This document shows positions 58,072-64,000 of a stretch of DNA of 64,000 nucleotides, in pieces. The DNA is from an uncultured Gammaproteobacteria bacterium (GTDB taxonomy: Bacteria; Patescibacteriota; Microgenomatia; Daviesbacterales; UBA10151), in contig CAZVEX010000004.1 of assembly GCA_964625535.1 (NCBI GenBank), positions 38,166 through 102,165 on the forward strand, read 5' to 3'. How positions within the stretch are numbered: position 1 is the stretch's first letter; every line of letters begins with the position of its first letter. The notes beneath the pieces were generated by a model that was given only the letters and a program-made list of their open reading frames with translations, made no database searches and was not told where the DNA came from. Both the position numbers and the translations under genes were made by a program.

Positions 58072-59853
58072 TTACTTTACTTGGTATGTTCCTTTAACCA
58101 AAGAGTATGATCCAGAAGGGCCGGATGAGAAAAGAATGGAAGCTAAACCTGTTTCATAATCTATTATTGAATCATTGGTTATTTTTATTTTCCAGGCTGT
58201 TATCTCTTTAAATTGGTTATTATTACCAGGATCAATAATTCCTTTATCCGCATAAAATACTCCTGTATTGCCTATATTTCCAATGGTGATGGCGCTGCTT
58301 CCGTTAGTCCTTGAGTCATAGGTTGTAAGAAGTACCAAAATACTATTTCCCTCTCCGCTGCCTATTAATTTATTCTGATTACCCATGATAGCTTTTCCAT
58401 CTGTAATAATTATTCCCGAACTTGTTCCGTAAGAGGGATCCAGTATAAACTTGTTTTCATTTCCCATGGTAATATCTCCGGTGATCCATAGAGGAGTTTT
58501 TACCTTAATGATGCACTGATTGCCCAAAGTTAGGTTACCAGTAAATTTACCTGGTCCCCAGGCAGTTTGGGAACCGCAAGTTGGTTGTGACAGAGAACCA
58601 GCTATGGCTGCCTCATTTTTCCACCCTAATATGTTTGCTTCTGAAATGGGAAAGGTTTTGGGCGGCGGGTCTTCCGATCCGGGATGGCAATGTGCATTGG
58701 GACAAGAACTACCACTTACAGTTGAATTTGTGATGGTTTGATAGTAAGCGTCCTTGTCAATTATTAAACTATCTATGGTGTTTGCATGAGCATCACCCGC
58801 TACCCTGGTACCATTTCCTGATAGGATAAAATTAGTAGTTCCACCCATGTATGTCTTAAAGCTTAAATCTCCTGAAAAAGAACTCCAGCTGGGATTACCC
58901 GCACTCCAATTGGGCGACCATTTGGGCACACCTCCGTTATAACTTTGAGCCAAATCATTTTGCCAGGACCAGTAATTGCCAGTATCAGAGGATGTATCAA
59001 TCATAATCCAATAAGTAGTGTCAGCAGAGAGTGTAGGATTTGTGGAAAAGGTGACATCTATCCATCCATATTCTGTTATCACTAAGCTTGAGGAAAGAGT
59101 TCCTGTGGCAAGTACCTCATTTTTTTTAGGGTTCCCGCCATCATCACCCAAAATTCTGACAGTTACATCCGGAGGATTGCCTATCTTTTTAACCTTTAAA
59201 GAAATTTTCCTAATCTTATCTGACATAGAAGGTTTAAAGCTTTGTGCAATATCAAGTCTTGTTTGCCCATCAATGCTCTTACCAAAAAGGTAATCAACAC
59301 AGGTTATACAATCTGTCTGCTGATCTGCAGTGGCTACAACCCCAGCTGCCACCCAAGCATCCCCGGTGATGGTATTATTATTACCCATGATTATGCTTCC
59401 ATTGGAAAAGATTGTCCCCTGAACCTGATTGTTGTTGCCAAGTTCCAACCCTCCTTCTCCAACCTGAATTCCATAAACAAATGCTGCTCCAACCCCTTTT
59501 GAGGCGGTTATTTTGACGGTTCTTTTTGCTCTCACCTTAGCTTTATTAGGTATATAGCCGGTGGACTCAATCACTTTGGTGGCAGGATCAATAGAAGTTA
59601 TGGTGACTGAATAGCTACCATCACCAAGGCCAGTTTCTACCTCCCCAGAGTAACTCCCACCAGTTTTATTGAGTGAGTTAATGGCTTTATCTATGCCGGC
59701 TTCGGCCAAGGCTGTGGCTTTTTCCGAATCTAGCGCGTAAGAGGCATTTTGAAAATAGATTTGCGCACCAGCAATAATGAAAAGCACGCTAAAAAGCACC
59801 ACTCCCAAGGCCACAAAAACAATAATTAAAATTTGACCGGACTCCTTAGTCAT
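58072..59853 (-). CDS. Large PilX-like minor pilin/adhesin
   Basis: ESGQILII class III signal lacking Glu5, ALAEAGI, long beta-rich C-terminus. Confidence 0.8.
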   Translation of the reverse strand: MTKESGQILIIVFVALGVVLFSVLFIIAGAQIYFQNASYALDSEKATALAEAGIDKAINSLNKTGGSYSGEVETGLGDGSYSVTITSIDPATKVIESTGYIPNKAKVRAKRTVKITASKGVGAAFVYGIQVGEGGLELGNNNQVQGTIFSNGSIIMGNNNTITGDAWVAAGVVATADQQTDCITCVDYLFGKSIDGQTRLDIAQSFKPSMSDKIRKISLKVKKIGNPPDVTVRILGDDGGNPKKNEVLATGTLSSSLVITEYGWIDVTFSTNPTLSADTTYWIMIDTSSDTGNYWSWQNDLAQSYNGGVPKWSPNWSAGNPSWSSFSGDLSFKTYMGGTTNFILSGNGTRVAGDAHANTIDSLIIDKDAYYQTITNSTVSGSSCPNAHCHPGSEDPPPKTFPISEANILGWKNEAAIAGSLSQPTCGSQTAWGPGKFTGNLTLGNQCIIKVKTPLWITGDITMGNENKFILDPSYGTSSGIIITDGKAIMGNQNKLIGSGEGNSILVLLTTYDSRTNGSSAITIGNIGNTGVFYADKGIIDPGNNNQFKEITAWKIKITNDSIIDYETGLASILFSSGPSGSYSLVKGTYQVK

Positions 59854-60415
59854 TTCTTAAGTTTGCCTCCGATGTGGCAATCGTCACCTCAAACTCCGTC
59901 CCGCTTTTTTGTTTTAGGGACAAGGTAATTTTGACTTTGGAAGCCAAAACGGGCGCAACCTCCTGGGGCGGGTTTGACGAATCAAAATATTTAAACTCTA
60001 TTCTGTCCGCATTGGTTAAAAAAATCCGGTCTTGACTCTTTCTGGAACTTACCTCGGCGGGATAAGTTTTAAGACGAAGTACACTTTGATCCAAAAAGAA
60101 AACAAAGTAATCAAAAGAGTTGGCGATGATATTATCCGCGTTATCAACCGAGGCAAGTTTTAAAATTAATTGACTGCTTCCGCTGGTGTAGCTTGGCGGC
60201 GGAGTCTCCGGGTAGGTGGCGGCAATGTTTTGAGCTTCTCTGACGGCGTTTCTGATATTGGAGAGCGCCTCATTGACTCCCAAACCCTGTTCTATCCTGG
60301 CGGACTGTTTTAAAAAAAGACCGGTGGAATTGACAATAATCACCACCAGCAGCGTCCCTACTATGGTAGCCACGCCCATGGCTACCAGCACTTCAACAAG
60401 AGTGAGGCCTTTCAT
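59846..60415 (-). CDS. Prepilin-type minor pilin
   Basis: MKG|LTLVEVLV; real start at the ATG at 60415; ends LRN. Confidence 0.88.
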   Translation of the reverse strand: MKGLTLVEVLVAMGVATIVGTLLVVIIVNSTGLFLKQSARIEQGLGVNEALSNIRNAVREAQNIAATYPETPPPSYTSGSSQLILKLASVDNADNIIANSFDYFVFFLDQSVLRLKTYPAEVSSRKSQDRIFLTNADRIEFKYFDSSNPPQEVAPVLASKVKITLSLKQKSGTEFEVTIATSEANLRND

Positions 60416-60810
60416 TGGTTTATACCTCCTTCTCCGATAAAAGTTTTTAAAGATATTTGCTGATCCCTGCTTCCTTCCTTCCAGTTTATGGTCACGGTCA
60501 CCTGTTTGATATTCTCCGAACCGGTGCAAATTGACGGATCGCAATCTTCCACTTTACTCTGTCCGGCACCGGCTGGCAAAAGACTGATTCTTTGATCTGA
60601 AATTGAACTTACGTCATTAACTAAATTAATATAGCTTATATTTCTTTTGTCTTCAATTTCTTTGGCGGCAATTTCTCTGGCTAAAGACAAATGTCTGCTC
60701 TTACCGATTAAACCTATGGCATTGGGCAGATTAGCCATCAAAAAAACAGCGGCGCCAACAACCGCCACCACTAGGATTAATTCAATCAGAGAAATGCCTT
60801 TTCCCCTCAT
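60412..60810 (-). CDS. Prepilin-type minor pilin (PilV-like)
   Basis: KG|ISLIEL; KQVTVTINW. Confidence 0.88.
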   Translation of the reverse strand: MRGKGISLIELILVVAVVGAAVFLMANLPNAIGLIGKSRHLSLAREIAAKEIEDKRNISYINLVNDVSSISDQRISLLPAGAGQSKVEDCDPSICTGSENIKQVTVTINWKEGSRDQQISLKTFIGEGGINQ

Positions 60811-61646
60811 TTATTGATTGCTCCCACGGAAAAGATGCCGTAGTCAAAATACGGAGGGACCACCTTGTTCTGCTGGAAAAGTTGCAATTTTCTCTGCGTT
60901 TCTCCTGCCGTTCCGGTTGAAACTATGGCCTTCGATTGAGGGGGCAGCGAACAGTCCCTGCCGCATATGCCGGTGGCCCTCACGGCCAACGGCTGACCGG
61001 TGGAGTTGTAAAGCAATCTGGCTCTAATCAGCATTAAACCGGCTACTTCCTGTGGAGTAAACCCAAGAGTCTTTTGGCACTGGTACTGATTTGAACCGAG
61101 GGTATAGCCGCTGCAAGCAACTTTCTCAAATCTGTTATCGGGGGATCTGGTAATGTTATGGTCCAAAAACCATTTTCTGGATTGATAGCCTCCTGAAAAA
61201 TAAACCAGAGTTAACTCAAGAGCCGCTTGATCCGTTGAGGAATTACCCCAAAAAACATCAAGAGTAGATTGCTTGTAAAAGCTGGGTGGAGGATTGGCAA
61301 GGGAGTTGTAATCTGCCAGCCAGACATGGGCGGTTTCCTCCCTGGAAAGAGGCGGAAATTCCAGCGGAGCTTGTTGGGAACCGGCTGCCGCTTCCGCCGG
61401 CCCCAAATCGCCTCCTGCGACTGCTGCGGTTGAACCAATTTCCGAAAAATTAACAGAACCTGAGCCTCCTTTAAGTCTGTTCTCAATGCCTGCCTCAGCC
61501 GCGGAAAAAGCCCGTGACGATTGCTCTACTTTAGTGGAGGTGGAAATATCGGAAAGAGAACGCTGGATAACAGACAGCCCAATGGCCAAACCCACGCTCA
61601 TCACCAAAATCAGTATTAAAATAATCTGGCCATGTTGTTTTTTCAT
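60807..61646 (-). CDS. PilX-like minor pilin
   Basis: HGQIILI, RAFSAAEAGIE. Confidence 0.85.
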   Translation of the reverse strand: MKKQHGQIILILILVMSVGLAIGLSVIQRSLSDISTSTKVEQSSRAFSAAEAGIENRLKGGSGSVNFSEIGSTAAVAGGDLGPAEAAAGSQQAPLEFPPLSREETAHVWLADYNSLANPPPSFYKQSTLDVFWGNSSTDQAALELTLVYFSGGYQSRKWFLDHNITRSPDNRFEKVACSGYTLGSNQYQCQKTLGFTPQEVAGLMLIRARLLYNSTGQPLAVRATGICGRDCSLPPQSKAIVSTGTAGETQRKLQLFQQNKVVPPYFDYGIFSVGAINK

Positions 61647-61658
61647 ATAATTATTATA

Positions 61659-62234
61659 CTACCTCAACTGCACGGTTGTCTGAAACTTAACCGGATCAAT
61701 TTGTTGGGCATCTGCTTGGACCCCGGGCTTTAAAATAAATTCCACGCTGACCGCATCCTTAAATCCCGGGGAAGGGTTTCTGGTAAATAGGCCGTTTTCC
61801 AGAGAGACCCCTGTTTTGGTGTTGGTATCGGTGAGTATATTAGCCCCTACTACTAGATCAGTACAAACACTAATTAAAAAAGCGCTGATGTCTCCGGCGG
61901 GGGGAACAGGTGAATCTTGCTCGATATAGCCGTTGGCCGCTCCGGCAGGTAGAACAAATTTAAATCTGGTGTAAGTGTTGTTTTTAACAATGACCATGGT
62001 ATCGGCGGTAGCGCAAATTATTTTGTCCGCGCTTCTTATTTGTTTATCAATATTGTCCAAAACCGCCTGCCCGTTTTGTTTGATTACCGAGAGTATTTGC
62101 GATTTATTGGAACCTCGCAAAGTATTGGCAAAAATTACCACCAGAATCACTCCTACCAAGGCAGTGATGGCAATCACCACTAGAATTTCCACTAATGTAA
62201 AACCACTTCGACTTCGCTCAGTGTAAACCTTCAT
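61659..62234 (-). CDS. Prepilin-type minor pilin (PilW-like) with a repeat-derived leader
   Basis: VYTERSRSG|FTLVEIL. Confidence 0.9.
   Translation of the reverse strand: MKVYTERSRSGFTLVEILVVIAITALVGVILVVIFANTLRGSNKSQILSVIKQNGQAVLDNIDKQIRSADKIICATADTMVIVKNNTYTRFKFVLPAGAANGYIEQDSPVPPAGDISAFLISVCTDLVVGANILTDTNTKTGVSLENGLFTRNPSPGFKDAVSVEFILKPGVQADAQQIDPVKFQTTVQLR
62204..62228. repeat. REP-like repeat copy in a prepilin leader
   Basis: CACTTCGACTTCGCTCAGTGTAAAC. Confidence 0.8.
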
Positions 62235-62704
62235 AGTTTTCCTAAAATAGTAGTCAGTTTTGATTCATGATCTCCTGCAAAATCACTCCATTTGACTTTG
62301 GCCGTAATCCTTTTTTGTTCCGCGGCCTGATCTTCTATCAAAAATTGCCTTTGGAAATTCGGGGCAATTGGTTCAGAGTTGGTACTAGTACCACCCATCA
62401 GGGTACTTGCGTTAAAATAAAAGTAGCAGTTGGCAGGACAGCTGAAAGAGATGGTCCAAAGCTCGCTGAAATTGCTGGTGTGACTACCATCGGCTCGGAT
62501 ATAATCAACTGCTCCGTTTCGATCACGCAAGCCTCTCATCCTTTCAATGCCTGCCTGGGCCAACTTGGTAGCCTGGGCCTGGTTTTTGGCCAGATTGGCA
62601 TTGCGCAGGGAAAAGATGACGGCAAAAGTTAAAGCCGAAACCACCAGAACCCCCACCGCCGAGGCCACTATCACCTCTAGTAAAGTTTGGCCCTTACTGG
62701 ACAT
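62231..62704 (-). CDS. Prepilin-type minor pilin (PilV-like)
   Basis: KG|QTLLEV; ATKLAQAGIE; ITAKVKW. Confidence 0.88.
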   Translation of the reverse strand: MSSKGQTLLEVIVASAVGVLVVSALTFAVIFSLRNANLAKNQAQATKLAQAGIERMRGLRDRNGAVDYIRADGSHTSNFSELWTISFSCPANCYFYFNASTLMGGTSTNSEPIAPNFQRQFLIEDQAAEQKRITAKVKWSDFAGDHESKLTTILGKL

Positions 62705-63278
62705 AAGTCCTACCTCCTTTGTCTATTATGACCTGTCTGGTAGAATTTGTCTTGGTATTTTTTAACTGAACTTGAAATTTATTGCAAGTTTGATAAATTA
62801 CCCGGTCAACAGATGACTCGAAAGAAATAGCAGTAGCTAAGAGTTTAAAAGTAAGCGCCGCATATGAGACAACATCAGTGGGGAGAGTATTTTCGCAGCC
62901 CGCACTGCCACTGTCAAAAATCTTTTCAATAATGATATTTGGGGGTAATTCATGTTTATTAATCACAGATTGAGTGAGCACAGCTCCATTGAAATAATAG
63001 CAGTCGGTTTGAGCTATATACTTGCCTGACTGTTTATAAAAATCAATTTTCCATAGGCCAACAGGCCGACCAGCACATTTAAGATTAGTTGAAGCATTGG
63101 TTTGGGCTGTTCTTACTTGGCTTTGGATATTCAAAGCCGCACTTTCCAAGTCTTTATCCTCTCCAAAAGATCTGTAATTGGCAATGGCCACCACACCCAA
63201 AATGGCCATTATTGACACTACCACCAACAGTTCAATTAGGGTAAACCCACTTCGGCTCCGATCAGTGTAAACACGCAT
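62694..63278 (-). CDS. Prepilin-type minor pilin (FimT/GspH-like) with a repeat-derived leader
   Basis: VYTDRSRSG|FTLIELL; IQSQVRTAQ. Confidence 0.9.
   Translation of the reverse strand: MRVYTDRSRSGFTLIELLVVVSIMAILGVVAIANYRSFGEDKDLESAALNIQSQVRTAQTNASTNLKCAGRPVGLWKIDFYKQSGKYIAQTDCYYFNGAVLTQSVINKHELPPNIIIEKIFDSGSAGCENTLPTDVVSYAALTFKLLATAISFESSVDRVIYQTCNKFQVQLKNTKTNSTRQVIIDKGGRTYVQ
63248..63272. repeat. REP-like repeat copy in a prepilin leader
   Basis: CACTTCGGCTCCGATCAGTGTAAAC. Confidence 0.75.
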
Positions 63279-63299
63279 ATATCCATGATATCACAAGAT

Positions 63300-63803
63300 T
63301 TATGGCGGAGTCACCCGGAAGTTATAGGTTGTAGCACCACCACAAGTGTATGTTGGGCTTGTGGGTCCATTTTCCAGCTTGGCATATAAACTATAGCCAG
63401 TACAGCGGTCTGTAGGGGAGTTATCACAAGCTGTACGCGGACTAGGTAGGTAACAATATCTTGGGGAGCCGAGAGGATCTTTTGGAGGAGAGTTTAAATA
63501 TATTTTAACAGTTGCCGGCGGTGAAGGATTACCTGTGCTGCTGGTAAATGCTACGGGGGGATCGGCGTTTAAAATATTCATACCTGGATCTGTGGGATAA
63601 AAACCCTGATCATTATGATATTGTTCCAGGGCGGATTGGATACTCCTTAAATCCGATTGTCTTTTTGAGTCTCGGCCGCTTTTTAAAACAGTAGTATAAG
63701 AAACGAAACCTATGGCAGCCAAAACTGCAATAATGGAGATGGTAATTAAAAGTTCAATCAGGGTAAAACCACTTCGACTGCGTTCAGTGTAAACATTTTT
63801 CAC
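63300..63803 (-). CDS. GspG/PilA-like pilin with a repeat-derived leader
   Basis: VYTERSRSG|FTLIELL; RDSKRQSDL..IQSALEQY; PKDP; YAKLEN. Confidence 0.92.
   Translation of the reverse strand: MKNVYTERSRSGFTLIELLITISIIAVLAAIGFVSYTTVLKSGRDSKRQSDLRSIQSALEQYHNDQGFYPTDPGMNILNADPPVAFTSSTGNPSPPATVKIYLNSPPKDPLGSPRYCYLPSPRTACDNSPTDRCTGYSLYAKLENGPTSPTYTCGGATTYNFRVTPP
63770..63794. repeat. REP-like repeat copy in a prepilin leader
   Basis: CACTTCGACTGCGTTCAGTGTAAAC. Confidence 0.8.
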
Positions 63804-64000
63804 TGTTGATTAACCAGACAATATGTTCCACCAGCCTCAAGAGTCGCACAGACATTGTAACTTGCAGCGACAGCTGCGGGAATGCCGGTATAAGCAGCGC
63901 CTCCCGGAGAAGGATTAGAAGGGATGATTCCATTAGAAAACCAACCTGCTACAACAGGACAGTAAGGATTGGTAGCTGTTGCACCGCAAGATGTATCGTT
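63800..64000 (-). CDS. C-terminal part of another pilin-like protein (5' end outside the window)
   Basis: ...IPSNPS...YNVCATLEAGGTYCLVNQQ*; its TGA overlaps the next GTG start. Confidence 0.7.
   Translation of the reverse strand, partial: NDTSCGATATNPYCPVVAGWFSNGIIPSNPSPGGAAYTGIPAAVAASYNVCATLEAGGTYCLVNQQ

Overview
Core-genome stretch of a reduced-genome Patescibacteria (CPR) bacterium, probably Microgenomates. This is inferred from gene content and style: truncated ThrRS and PheT, F-type ATPase, murT/gatD, a large type IV pilus cluster, many orphans and near-leaderless promoters. Contents in order: partial Fic gene, FNR-like oxidoreductase, obgE, tspO, glmS, adenosine kinase-ahcY, yvcK, two lysozyme-fold hydrolases, murT-gatD, thrS-infC-rpmI-rplT-pheST, VanW-like and PBP1A genes, a Cys-rich secreted protein, four GT2 glycosyltransferases, a split atp operon, archaeal-type tyrS, recG, rpmF-nusB-acp-rnc, rpsP-khpA-trmD, pilMNO with pilins, and 9 tRNAs. 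Most notable: (1) REP-like palindromes and heptamer tandems inserted in frame in essential genes (atpG, pheS, pheT, glmS, murT), with one repeat family forming the leader peptide of three prepilins; (2) an archaeal-type TyrRS together with a C1:G72 tRNA-Tyr that keeps the bacterial V-arm; (3) an S41 protease with a J-domain-like module where the PDZ domain normally sits; (4) an unannotated 45-aa basic ORF coupled between rpmI and rplT; (5) an ACP-like protein with no phosphopantetheine Ser; (6) a stand-alone RNAP alpha-CTD-like protein. No CRISPR array, rRNA or transposase was seen. All family assignments come from motif recognition by eye; no database search was run.
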